Positions 47,555 through 57,223 of a stretch of DNA of 64,000 bases are shown here, in pieces. The notes beneath the pieces were generated by a model, which had not been told where the DNA came from, did no database searches, and saw nothing but the letters and a program-made list of their open reading frames with translations. A program made the position numbers and the translations under genes. Position 1 is the stretch's first letter; each line of letters opens with the position of its first letter. The DNA is from an uncultured Bacilli bacterium (lineage in GTDB: Bacteria > Bacillota_I > Bacilli_A > RF39 > UBA660), in contig CAKOUR010000002.1 of NCBI GenBank assembly GCA_934120635.1, positions 22,006 to 86,005 on the forward strand, read 5' to 3'.

Positions 47555-48674
47555 ATTCATTTGTTTCCCATCTATCTCTTATTTTTTCTAAAATTTTTGA
47601 TTTACTTAAATATTTTGATTTTGGTATTTTAATATACTTGTCTTGGTATTTTAATTGATCTAATAAAAATCGATATTCATCTCTAGAAATTAATATTAAG
47701 TCACTTCGTACAAAATTTTGAGATTTTATATTAATAGATTTAAATGTTTTTTGACAAGCATCTTTAAATATATCATATATTTCAAAACGGTATTCATATT
47801 CTTGAAATATATCATGAATAATATTTATTAAGTAGTCTCCACATCTATCAACAAATATTCTTTTTTGCTTATCATTTAATTGTGATAGACATCTCTGATA
47901 ATATTTTGCTCTTTCCTTTGGAAGTTCATTATACATATTTGTTTCAAATATTACAGAATATATTAATGAAGGGGCTATTTCACGAAGTGCTTTTTGTAAT
48001 TGTTCATCAATTAAAACATCTGTACAAATTAGTTTTTCCCATTCTTTAGCAAAACATTTTGAACCACTACTATATAAGATAGCAATTTTAATTATGTCAT
48101 GACAGTAATCATCTAGTGGAATACTGTCAAATGCCTCATCCATTCTCACTAACGATTTATCGGAAATATTTAGCATATCTTCCACATGATAAAAAGCGCT
48201 ATATACTTTTTCGAAGACATCTTCAAATGAATTGGATTTTTTGTTTAAATCAGTAATTAATTGTTCAACTTTAACTCTTCTATCCATTAAACTACCTAAA
48301 TTAGTGAATGGTTCTTTTAAAATTGCTTTTTGATATTCAACTTCAAAAAAATATTCAAAAACTTTTCTTATTAATTGTTCATGAAGAACTGATGGCATGC
48401 TATTAATAATTGTTATTTTTTCACCAAAAGTATTTTGCAGTCTTGCTATTTCTATACGATTTAGTCTCCAAAAATATAGTTCATCACCTTTCCTATTTCT
48501 ATCGAATTCTCGATATTTTAGCATGTTGATTTGGTCCATATAATCATAATTTATGGATGCAATTATACATCTACATAAACCAAATGATGATAATTTTTTC
48601 TTGCTAGCATCATTAGAAATTTTATTTTTTTTTATTCTTTTTGGATTATTTTGTGATTGCAAATCTTGTTTCAT
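47553..48674 (-). CDS. hypothetical protein (373 aa), unknown function
   Basis: AAGGAG SD. Last gene of the map-trmR-trhP-like operon. No recognisable motif. 8 Cys. Confidence 0.7.
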   Translation of the reverse strand: MKQDLQSQNNPKRIKKNKISNDASKKKLSSFGLCRCIIASINYDYMDQINMLKYREFDRNRKGDELYFWRLNRIEIARLQNTFGEKITIINSMPSVLHEQLIRKVFEYFFEVEYQKAILKEPFTNLGSLMDRRVKVEQLITDLNKKSNSFEDVFEKVYSAFYHVEDMLNISDKSLVRMDEAFDSIPLDDYCHDIIKIAILYSSGSKCFAKEWEKLICTDVLIDEQLQKALREIAPSLIYSVIFETNMYNELPKERAKYYQRCLSQLNDKQKRIFVDRCGDYLINIIHDIFQEYEYRFEIYDIFKDACQKTFKSINIKSQNFVRSDLILISRDEYRFLLDQLKYQDKYIKIPKSKYLSKSKILEKIRDRWETNE

Positions 48675-48703
48675 TTTTTTCTCCTTTTTTGTTTTAAATT
48701 TTT

Positions 48704-49741
48704 TTATTTTTGATGTAGTTTTATTTCTCTATTTACTAGAGTTCGAATAAGCCTTTGATGTAGTTCTTTTTCTTCTTCTGTATAGAAAGAAGTTGTATTA
48801 TTGGGAAGTGTTAAGATTAATTCTTGAATAGATACTTTTTCTAATGGTTCATCTTTACTAACTCTCGAGAAATATTCTACTAAACATTCTAAATCTTTAG
48901 AACCACCAGCTTTTATATATTCATTGATGAATAATCTCAAATCTGGATCTGAGTAATCTATTGCGTACATCATAGGAATACTAATATCTCTACCAAATTC
49001 TTTAGCAAATAAAAATGCTCTTTTTGGTCCTATTCGATTTCCTCCACGTTCAATAATTCTGTACATTGCACAATTTAAGATTTCTTCTTTTTGGTAATTC
49101 CAATTATTATAATCCTGAATTGCTTTTGTTAATTCACTGTCTTCTGGAATTATTATTCCTTTTTCCCTGATTATTTTTACGACTTCTTTGATATTTTTTC
49201 CTTCTAAATCTTCATTTGAAATTCCTGGAATAACGGTATCCATACATTCTGACATTTCGACAGTTCCATTTTTACTTAAGTGAAGATGTGCAGAGCATAA
49301 TACTCCTTTCCAATAAACTATACTTCTATAATTTGGTTGGCTTAAATAAAATTTTTCTTCGTTTGATAATGCATCATAGAAAGATTTAATACTATAAATT
49401 TCTGTTTCTGGATTTGTTTGTTTATTATTCTGTTTTATGATATTTTCTATACTTTTTAATTTTTGGTTACTTTCTATTATTAGATTTACTTTATCATTAG
49501 GATATCTTAGTTCATACCATACTGCTATTTTTTCAATGAAATTTCTCATTTCATTAGGAAGATGATACTCGCCAATATCCGTATAAAGTCCTTTTACCAT
49601 ATTATTTTTATACCACTCAATAAATTCTTCTACTTTATCATTTAAATCATATGTATCTTTATCTTGTTCTGATCCTTCTTTCTTTTTTCCCTTTTTCATT
49701 ATTTTTTCTCTTAGTTGTAATAATTCTTCTTTTATGTTCAT
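48704..49741 (-). CDS. hypothetical protein (345 aa), unknown function
   Basis: Start probably ATG 49741 (SD GGAGGA; the track start at 49753 lies within the SD). No recognisable motif. Confidence 0.7.
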   Translation of the reverse strand: MNIKEELLQLREKIMKKGKKKEGSEQDKDTYDLNDKVEEFIEWYKNNMVKGLYTDIGEYHLPNEMRNFIEKIAVWYELRYPNDKVNLIIESNQKLKSIENIIKQNNKQTNPETEIYSIKSFYDALSNEEKFYLSQPNYRSIVYWKGVLCSAHLHLSKNGTVEMSECMDTVIPGISNEDLEGKNIKEVVKIIREKGIIIPEDSELTKAIQDYNNWNYQKEEILNCAMYRIIERGGNRIGPKRAFLFAKEFGRDISIPMMYAIDYSDPDLRLFINEYIKAGGSKDLECLVEYFSRVSKDEPLEKVSIQELILTLPNNTTSFYTEEEKELHQRLIRTLVNREIKLHQK

Positions 49742-49770
49742 TTTGTCCTCCATAATAGTTTAATTTAAAT

Positions 49771-50970
49771 TTATTTTATTTTTATTCTCATTATATCATT
49801 AGGGTATACTTCTTTATCTAAATAAAATTTTATAATCTCTTGAGGATGTCTAGCGACTTCTACTTCTTTCATCTCTTCGTTATAAATTTTAGGAACTTTA
49901 AATGAGAAGGCTTGAATATTTGGACCAAACATTTCTACTTCATCTCCTGGTTTGAAGTAGTTTCTTTGCGTTAAGGTTACTAATTTTTCTTTTTTGTCGT
50001 AATCTAGAACAATTCCTAAAAAATCTTGATTAGATACTTCTTGTCTACCTAGATAGTACTGGGCTTCTACTCCTGGAAAGGTATTAAAGAATTGATCGGT
50101 GCTTTCACGATTGGCAACTCTATTTAATACTTTTTGGTAATATTCTTGTAAAGATTTTGTATAAGTATTTTTATAAATATGATCAATTGCTTCACGATAA
50201 GTGCTGATTACTGTTGCAATATAATAGTTACTTCGCATTCTTCCTTCTACTTTTAGGGAAGTAATTCCTATTTCAATCATTTCTTTTAGAGAATTAATTA
50301 ATGATAAATCTTTTGAAGACATTGTAAATTCTGTTTCATTAGATTTTTTTTGGTTTTCTTTTTCTAATTCAAAGCACCAGCGACAGATTTGAGCACAGCC
50401 ACCACGATTGGCATCTCTTTTGGTAAAATAGTTAGATAAAACACATCTTCCTGAATAAGAGGAACACATTGCACCGTGGAGAAAACACTCTATTTCTACG
50501 CCTGTTTTTTCGATAATTTCCCTGATATTTTCTTTAGAGCATTCTCTTGCTAATACTACTCTTTCTACCCCTTGGTCTTTTAAGAAACTAACGCTTTCGA
50601 TATTAGCATTGGACATTTGGGTAGAGATATGAATTTTAAGGTTTAATTTTTCTTGGTTTACTAAATCTACAACAGCCATATCTGATACGATAATAGCATC
50701 TACTTTATATTTTTCTAATTCTTTTAAATATTCTAATAATCCTTGATAATCTTCATTATGAAAAGTAATATTAACTGTTACATATAATTTTTTTCCTAGA
50801 GAATGGGCAATAAACGCAGCTTCTTTAATTTCTTCGTTGGAGAAATTTTTGGCATTGGCACGTAAACTATAATTTTTTCCTCCAATATAAACTGCATCTG
50901 CTCCATAGAGATAGGCAAATTTTAATTTTTCTATATCGCCAGCTGGGGCTAATAATTCTACTTTTCTCAT
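49771..50970 (-). CDS. peptidase-U32-family protein, YrrO/TrhP-like (tRNA ho5U34 formation)
   Basis: U32 signature E.FLHGAMCSSYSGRCVLSNY and RDANRGGCAQICRW. 399 aa. Confidence 0.9.
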   Translation of the reverse strand: MRKVELLAPAGDIEKLKFAYLYGADAVYIGGKNYSLRANAKNFSNEEIKEAAFIAHSLGKKLYVTVNITFHNEDYQGLLEYLKELEKYKVDAIIVSDMAVVDLVNQEKLNLKIHISTQMSNANIESVSFLKDQGVERVVLARECSKENIREIIEKTGVEIECFLHGAMCSSYSGRCVLSNYFTKRDANRGGCAQICRWCFELEKENQKKSNETEFTMSSKDLSLINSLKEMIEIGITSLKVEGRMRSNYYIATVISTYREAIDHIYKNTYTKSLQEYYQKVLNRVANRESTDQFFNTFPGVEAQYYLGRQEVSNQDFLGIVLDYDKKEKLVTLTQRNYFKPGDEVEMFGPNIQAFSFKVPKIYNEEMKEVEVARHPQEIIKFYLDKEVYPNDIMRIKIK

Positions 50971-51788
50971 TAGTTTTTATCTCCTACTCTATAAATGGTC
51001 TTTTCGTTTAAGAAGCCTGTATAATGTTTATGATTGTCTTCTTCTTCCTTTAAGTATTGGTCTAAAGTACTTAAAAAGACTTTATTTTCTATTAAGGTTG
51101 AATTTAGGATTAAGTATTCTACTTTAATATTTTTTATTTCATTAATTAAATTAATGGGTTCTTTGGTATAGATTGTTGTTCCATATTCTTCTTCGACAAT
51201 TGGATATTTATCTTCTTTATTTTTAATATAGTAATGTCCTTTTTCTTTATTTTCGTGAATATAATTTAAGTAATTTGTAATTAGATATCTTCTAGAGTAG
51301 AAGATTGGAATATAACCATAACTAATTAGCATAAGAGGCATGGAGGGAGAGATTTCATTGATTTCTTCTTTCGTAATATCATTAGAGATTACTGTATACT
51401 TTACTCCATTCTTCTTCCAAAAATGGTTAGAATAAATGCTAGTATTTAGATGTTCTTGGAAGATTACTAAATCTTTTTTGATTCCTAATCTTTTGCAAAT
51501 ATTTAAGACAGCTAAATCATAAAAGAAAATTTTACTAATATTCATTTTATTTAATGCTACTAGAGTATTTTCTAATTCTTTTAAATCAGAATTATGCATA
51601 ATTTTATTGAGCGATACAGAAATTTCTTTGGAAGTCATATTAAGGATAGTTTTTATTTCTTCTAATGAGAATGTGAGATCTCGATTTACTGATAAATTGG
51701 TAATGGGAAGGATTACTCCTGCAACATCTTTTTCTAAAACGCTGCCTAATAAGTCTAGGCTATTGGGAATAATAAGTATTTTTTTCAA
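50970..51788 (-). CDS. peptidase-U32-family protein, YrrN-like (Cys-motif-less partner)
   Basis: TIM-barrel-like U32 N-region similarity and the position upstream of the YrrO-like gene (1-nt TAATG overlap) mirror the Bacillus yrrN-yrrO pair. Confidence 0.75.
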   Translation of the reverse strand: MKKILIIPNSLDLLGSVLEKDVAGVILPITNLSVNRDLTFSLEEIKTILNMTSKEISVSLNKIMHNSDLKELENTLVALNKMNISKIFFYDLAVLNICKRLGIKKDLVIFQEHLNTSIYSNHFWKKNGVKYTVISNDITKEEINEISPSMPLMLISYGYIPIFYSRRYLITNYLNYIHENKEKGHYYIKNKEDKYPIVEEEYGTTIYTKEPINLINEIKNIKVEYLILNSTLIENKVFLSTLDQYLKEEEDNHKHYTGFLNEKTIYRVGDKN

Positions 51789-51801
51789 TTCAATTCCTCC
51801 T

Positions 51802-52374
51802 TTATTTTTTTATAGAAATACTGATTTTATCTCCTACTTCTATATAGTTTGTACAATAGTTGGGATTGTTTTCTAAAAAGTCTATAAATTTTTTGATTCT
51901 TTTTACTAAGCCTTTTTGATTTTTAGTAACTGCTAATGCTTCATTTTCTACTAACCCATAAAAAGAAAGATTATCGGTTATGATTGTACCTCCTTTTTTT
52001 AAGTAGGGTTCATATTTTTCAAAGAAATCAATGCTATGTCCTTTGGAAGCATCAATAAAAATTAGATCAAAATTGCCTGTTACATTGACTTCCATGGCAT
52101 CTCCTAATATTAAGGTAACTCTATCTTCTAAGTGCATATTTTGAATATTTTCTAGAGCAATATTGTACCTTTCTTCATCTCTTTCTATTGTAGTAATATG
52201 GATATTTTCTTTAACTAAAGCCATTTTGATTGCTGAATAACCAATTGCTGTTCCAATTTCTAAGATATTTTGGATATGATTTTCTTGGATATAGTTACAT
52301 AAGTATTCTATTCCATCTTTTAACATAATAGGAACTTTATGTTCTTTTGCATATTTTTCTATTTCTTTTAACAT
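51802..52374 (-). CDS. class I SAM-dependent O-methyltransferase, YrrM/TrmR-like
   Basis: ILEIGTAIGYSAI (motif I), LIFIDASK, and 190 aa. Start is ATG 52374 (SD GGAGG); the track start is a TTG within the SD. Confidence 0.85.
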   Translation of the reverse strand: MLKEIEKYAKEHKVPIMLKDGIEYLCNYIQENHIQNILEIGTAIGYSAIKMALVKENIHITTIERDEERYNIALENIQNMHLEDRVTLILGDAMEVNVTGNFDLIFIDASKGHSIDFFEKYEPYLKKGGTIITDNLSFYGLVENEALAVTKNQKGLVKRIKKFIDFLENNPNYCTNYIEVGDKISISIKK

Positions 52375-52394
52375 TACTATTACCTCCAAAAGTT

Positions 52395-54083
52395 TTATTT
52401 CCTATGTTTTAACTTTTCTTCATGAGAAAAATGATTGTTTATTCTCAAATAAGTTTCATAGCTAGATGCAATTTTTTTCAAGTCATATATTACTAATTTC
52501 ATTTTACTTTTAGACGCTAATTCTCGAGCATCCTTTATTACTTCTTCACATTTTGTTAGATTACTTGTATCAATTGTTAAAAATATATAACTAGCTTTTG
52601 TATCATAATCGATATTTCTTCTAAATAATACTACTTCTGATTTTCCATCATTTTCTATTAATTCATAATAATTAGAACTCATTAAATCAAATTCATCTTT
52701 TTGATAATATTCCAAATGATTTAATCCTTTATTTGTAGTCAAATAATTTTTTGAGGATAATACAATTGCTTCTGGATTTAATCCTTCTCGATTAAATCCT
52801 ATTCCCATAGTCCAGGGAATAAAATGTTCTAAGTAATAATCTTTAGAATAAAGTGTTGTAGAGATTTGATTATTTGTATCTGAATGATATGAAGTCCAAC
52901 CATTTTTATCAGAATAATAATTTGATTTTCCATCATAGCTATAATTAACTTGGGTAGGATTAAGCATTACATCTAAAAGTTGTTTTCTCTTGATAAATTC
53001 TTCTTGTTCTTCTTTTGTTAATTCCTTAGAAATATTAGATTGATTTTTTCTTTCTTTTTTTATGTCTTCAATTAATTTTCCTTCAAGGTCATTTCTAAAC
53101 TTTTCAGGATTTCTAATAAAAATATGCAATAATTGTGGTTTTAAATCTCGAAAGTCATCAACTATAGTAACCTCTTTAGTAGGATTAAATAAATGCGAAA
53201 TAATATCTTCTCGAAATAAAATTTCATATTCACTATATATATCTTCTATCTTAGAGATATTGAAATTTTTATCATCCATCTTTTCTAATTTTTTTAATAA
53301 TTCTATCGATTTATTCGTGTTTAACTTTTTTAATTTTTCCTTAAGCTTACCTAAATTATGTAGTTTTTCTTTTTGATTATTACTGAGATGACTGAATTCT
53401 AAGTATTTTTTCTTCCTTTCCTCTAAAGAATTACTTTTATCTTTAAACTGTAAATCATACAAAATAAATCCAAAATTGTTCTTAATGACATCAGAACCGT
53501 AAATTCCAATTGCTTGAACGATATAATTTCGTATTAGGTGATATGGTATTTTAGTATCTTCCTGAAGATTTCCTTTTATCACATCATCATATAATGTTAA
53601 ACACTTTTCTGCATCTAATTCTAAATTATAATCATATTCCCCTTTTTGGTTAATTAAAAATTGATTTTTTATCTTATTATCATTAGATATATATTCTATC
53701 CAATGCTCAAGAAGTATTTTTAAAACATCTTGATAATTCTTATCGTTAAAATGATTAAAATTAAATTCATCTATAGAAACTTTAGACAAATCATAAAAGT
53801 CATATTTTCCTATAATTATTCCTAATAAAAAATAAGTGGCAATGTAACTTTCTTTATTTTTGATGCAATACTCTATAATATAACGATTGAATTCTTCTTG
53901 ATTGGAACTTTTTTGAATAAATTTAAAAATATCTTTTGTTTCTTGTAAATCATTTCTCTCAATTAATACTTCTAATAAATCTTTAGAAATTAAAATTTTT
54001 TTGCATTTTGATAAATATTTAATTTCCAAAAAATATTTTTTAAATTCTTCTAAGGTATCATTTAACTTCACCTTTTTTTTCAT
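52395..54083 (-). CDS. hypothetical protein (562 aa), unknown function
   Basis: Start is ATG 54083 (SD AAAGGTGA). Helical, Lys/Glu-rich N-terminal two-thirds and a more mixed C-terminal ~170 aa. No recognisable motif. Confidence 0.7.
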   Translation of the reverse strand: MKKKVKLNDTLEEFKKYFLEIKYLSKCKKILISKDLLEVLIERNDLQETKDIFKFIQKSSNQEEFNRYIIEYCIKNKESYIATYFLLGIIIGKYDFYDLSKVSIDEFNFNHFNDKNYQDVLKILLEHWIEYISNDNKIKNQFLINQKGEYDYNLELDAEKCLTLYDDVIKGNLQEDTKIPYHLIRNYIVQAIGIYGSDVIKNNFGFILYDLQFKDKSNSLEERKKKYLEFSHLSNNQKEKLHNLGKLKEKLKKLNTNKSIELLKKLEKMDDKNFNISKIEDIYSEYEILFREDIISHLFNPTKEVTIVDDFRDLKPQLLHIFIRNPEKFRNDLEGKLIEDIKKERKNQSNISKELTKEEQEEFIKRKQLLDVMLNPTQVNYSYDGKSNYYSDKNGWTSYHSDTNNQISTTLYSKDYYLEHFIPWTMGIGFNREGLNPEAIVLSSKNYLTTNKGLNHLEYYQKDEFDLMSSNYYELIENDGKSEVVLFRRNIDYDTKASYIFLTIDTSNLTKCEEVIKDARELASKSKMKLVIYDLKKIASSYETYLRINNHFSHEEKLKHRK

Positions 54084-54104
54084 ATCTATCACCTTTAAAT
54101 TTAA

Positions 54105-54857
54105 TTAGTCTAATCTTGGTGTTAGTATTTCATATCCATCTTCGGTTACTAAAATGGTGTGTTCATAGTGGGCAGATGGATTTCCATCTTCGGTTACTAT
54201 TGTCCAATCATCATCTAATATTCCAACAGCAGCACTTCCTAAGTTTAGCATGGGTTCAATACAAATAACCATTCCTGGTTTTAATTTTGGTCCAGTTCCT
54301 GCTTTACCGTAGTTAGGAACATCAGGATCTTCATGCATTTCTGTTCCTATTCCATGACCTACTAATTCTTTTACAACACCTAAATGATATTTTGTAGCAT
54401 AGGTTTCTACAGCATGGGAAATATCGCCAATATGGTTACCTGGTTTTACTTGTTTTATTCCTTCATATAGAGCTTCTTCGGTGTGTTCCATTAAGTATTT
54501 TTTTTCTTCACTAATATCTCCTACAGCATAGGTCCAAGCGGCATCTCCTTGATAACCATGATAACCAATTACCATATCGATACTAACAATATCGCCATTT
54601 TTTAATTTTCTTTTTCCTGGAATACCATGAACAACTTCATCATTAACACTTACACATAATGTAGCTGGATATCCTTCATAGCCTTTGCAAGTGGGAATTC
54701 CATCATGCTCTTTGATAAATCTTTCGGCTAATGTATCTAATTCTTTGGTTGTTATTCCAGACTTGATAAAAGGTTTTAAATATTGATGGGTTAAGCTTAC
54801 TAAGTAGCCTGCTTTTCTCATTAATTCTATTTCTTCTTTGCTTTTTATTGTAATCAT
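54105..54857 (-). CDS. map: type I methionyl aminopeptidase
   Basis: Metal ligand contexts VVHGIP, DMVIGYHGYQGD, GHGIG and EPM...; YEHT. 250 aa. Confidence 0.97.
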   Translation of the reverse strand: MITIKSKEEIELMRKAGYLVSLTHQYLKPFIKSGITTKELDTLAERFIKEHDGIPTCKGYEGYPATLCVSVNDEVVHGIPGKRKLKNGDIVSIDMVIGYHGYQGDAAWTYAVGDISEEKKYLMEHTEEALYEGIKQVKPGNHIGDISHAVETYATKYHLGVVKELVGHGIGTEMHEDPDVPNYGKAGTGPKLKPGMVICIEPMLNLGSAAVGILDDDWTIVTEDGNPSAHYEHTILVTEDGYEILTPRLD

Positions 54858-54879
54858 AAAATCAACTTCTTTCTCTAGT

Positions 54880-54888
54880 ATTATATCA
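54880..54888 (-). promoter_or_regulatory. candidate extended -10 (TGATATAAT) for the map operon
   Basis: Exact TGATATAAT on the minus strand, 22 nt upstream of the map ATG. Confidence 0.35.
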
Positions 54889-55084
54889 TATCTAATACTT
54901 TATGAAAATAAATATTTATTTAATTTAGAGAGGGAAAAATACTTATTTATTCTTATTCTCTATATTAAGTGAAATTCTCGTTTCATGTTAAAATCTAAAA
55001 AATTGAATAGCTAATAAATAAGGAGAGATAAATTCATATTCTCATTAAAATACTTAAATTTATTTTTTATTGAATAAATTTAAA

Positions 55085-55118
55085 AGTAAAAGAAAAAAGT
55101 TCTTGAAATGAAGAACTT
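55085..55118 (-). terminator. intrinsic terminator after gltX
   Basis: The minus strand reads AAGTTCTT-CATTTC-AAGAACTT followed by TTTTTTCTTTT. Confidence 0.6.
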
Positions 55119-55174
55119 AATAATTCTTATGTACCAAATAAATAATTAATGATAATTAAGTATGAAAAGAAATT

Positions 55175-56806
55175 TTATAATAAACTTATTCTCTTTTTGA
55201 TGTTTTCTATTCCTAATAATTTCATTATTTCGTATAAATCTGGTGTCGTAGATTTACTTGTTAATGCTACTCTAATAATTATACTTATATCAATAATACT
55301 TCCTTTATAATCATTAGGTTTTTCTTTATACAATTTTACATTGGAACAATATCCATATTTATCTGATAATTCTTTCATCTTATTAAACCAAGTATCTTTA
55401 TCATCAGCTATATTATAATAACTATTTATATAATCCGTTAAAATGGTTCTAATTTCATTTATATTATTGATATTTTGCCATTCATATTCAATGTTATTAA
55501 ACAATTCATTATACATATACCATATATATGATTTTATTTCAGAATAACAACAGAAATCTTTTCTAGGTTTTTTTTGTTCTCTTTCTATATTTAAAATATT
55601 GATCGTATATAATTTATACTTTGTTATTAGTTCGGCAAAAGGTTTATCAAATTCTAAAGTCCATTGTAATAGGTTATTATATACTTCTTTTGCTGTTAAT
55701 CTTGAAATATAGTTTCTAGATATATTTATTATTTTATCTAAATCGAATAATGCTCCATTTTTACTCATCTTGCTAAAAGAAAATTTAAAATCTCTATAAG
55801 ATTTAGTTGGATTTTGTAAATACCAACTATCAAAATTAGAATTCATTAAGGTGGCAAAATACAATTTAATTGCTTCTACAGGAATTCCTTTTTCATGATA
55901 ATATATTGCTGCGGCTTCTGGATCTTTTCTTTTACTGATTTTTCTTACTGAATCACCATCTTTAATATTTAATGGTAGAAGGTGTGCAAATTTTGGAGGT
56001 TCAAATCCACAAGCTTTCCATAATTCCAAATGATAAGGAACAGAGGAAATATAAGAATCGTCTCTTGTAACAATTGTAACTCTCATAAAATGGTCATCAC
56101 ACACATGCGCAAAGGCATATGGGGGAATACCATCAGATTTAACTATTACTTGATCTAAATCATTTTCTGGTAATTTTATTGTTCCTTTTACTAAATCTTT
56201 AAGTATTATTTGACTATTAAAGTTTCCTTTTGATTTTAATCTCAATACCCATTTATCACCTTTATCAATATGCTCTTTTATTTCATCATAGGTTAAATTA
56301 CGACACTTTGCATAATGTCCATAATAACCAATTCTGTCTTTTTTACTTTCTTGAATTTGTCTCATCTGATTTAAGTCTTCTTCAGAGCAAAAACAGGGAT
56401 ATGCTCTACCTACAGAAACAAGATATTTGGCAATTGTATGGTATATGTTGATTCTTTGTGATTGAATATATGGTCCATAATTACCACCTTTAATAGGATC
56501 TTCATCTACTTTATAATTATAGTGTTCTAAGTCATTTATTCCTAATTCAATTCCATTTTCAATTTTTCTTTTCTGATCAGTATCTTCAATTCTTACAATA
56601 AATATTCCATTAGTTTGTTTAGCAATAACTTCTGGAATAAAAGAAGCATAAAGATTTCCCAAATGCATTCTACCTGTTGGACTAGGTGCAAATCTCATTA
56701 CCTCTGCACCTTCTGGTAGATTTCTTTTAGGATACATCTTCTCTAAATCATCTATTGTTTTGGTAACATCTGGGTACAATAAATTAGCTAAATCATCATA
56801 ATTCAT
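55175..56806 (-). CDS. gltX: glutamate--tRNA ligase (long, ~545-aa form)
   Basis: HIGH-type motif PSPTGRMHLGN and KMSKS-type KISKRK. The T-box specifier looks like GAA. Start set at ATG 56806 (SD AAAGGAA, 9-nt spacing). The track's 14-codon extension is the T-box terminator read as protein. Confidence 0.9.
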   Translation of the reverse strand: MNYDDLANLLYPDVTKTIDDLEKMYPKRNLPEGAEVMRFAPSPTGRMHLGNLYASFIPEVIAKQTNGIFIVRIEDTDQKRKIENGIELGINDLEHYNYKVDEDPIKGGNYGPYIQSQRINIYHTIAKYLVSVGRAYPCFCSEEDLNQMRQIQESKKDRIGYYGHYAKCRNLTYDEIKEHIDKGDKWVLRLKSKGNFNSQIILKDLVKGTIKLPENDLDQVIVKSDGIPPYAFAHVCDDHFMRVTIVTRDDSYISSVPYHLELWKACGFEPPKFAHLLPLNIKDGDSVRKISKRKDPEAAAIYYHEKGIPVEAIKLYFATLMNSNFDSWYLQNPTKSYRDFKFSFSKMSKNGALFDLDKIINISRNYISRLTAKEVYNNLLQWTLEFDKPFAELITKYKLYTINILNIEREQKKPRKDFCCYSEIKSYIWYMYNELFNNIEYEWQNINNINEIRTILTDYINSYYNIADDKDTWFNKMKELSDKYGYCSNVKLYKEKPNDYKGSIIDISIIIRVALTSKSTTPDLYEIMKLLGIENIKKRISLL

Positions 56807-56827
56807 TTCTATCATTCCTTTCTTTAA

Positions 56828-57062
56828 ATAAAAAATAGACTCATCCAATAAGGACGAATCTATCGTGGTACCACCTTAATTATATAGTTAATTAAATTAA
56901 CCATACATCTCTATATCTTAACGCGATTAACGGAATAACTTGTATACATTATTCTGCTTCAAAGCTTCATTCAAATATTTCAAATGTTAATTTACACCAA
57001 CCATTAACTCTCTATGATTTGAATATATTTTACTCTTCTTCTTCACAGCTTTCAAAAATATG
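56828..57062 (-). promoter_or_regulatory. T-box riboswitch leader of gltX
   Basis: On the minus strand: AGAGAG bulge, distal stem GTTAAT-GGTTGGTGTAA-ATTAAC, and the T-box sequence AATTAAGGTGGTACCACG (56881-56864). The terminator TAGATTCGTCC-TTATT-GGATGAGTCTA plus TTTTTT has G-U pairs that work only on the minus-strand RNA. Confidence 0.85.
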
Positions 57063-57067
57063 GTTTA

Positions 57068-57096
57068 ATTATAGTGCTTTTAGAAATGTTTGTCAA
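57068..57096 (-). promoter_or_regulatory. SigA-type promoter of the gltX T-box leader (TTGACA-17 nt-TATAAT)
   Basis: Both hexamers match consensus exactly, with 17-nt spacing. Confidence 0.75.
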
Positions 57097-57114
57097 TATA
57101 TATAAAAGTATTTT

Positions 57115-57148
57115 AAAAAAATCCTCTAATACAATATCAACGTGGATT
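57115..57148 (-). terminator. weak candidate terminator after infB
   Basis: The minus strand reads AATCCAC-(15 nt)-GAGGATT (one mismatch) followed by seven Ts. Confidence 0.3.
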
Positions 57149-57223
57149 TCAAGGAACATAAACCTTAGATGTAAATTTTTTTCTTTAAAAATCTTTAGAA
57201 AAGAATAAATAAGTATTTTTCGT

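Noticed and set aside
56807-56848. N-terminal extension MDESIFYLKKGMIE of gltX in the ORF track
   Set aside because: It starts at a TTG inside the T-box terminator hairpin and T-run. The ATG at 56806 has a proper SD.
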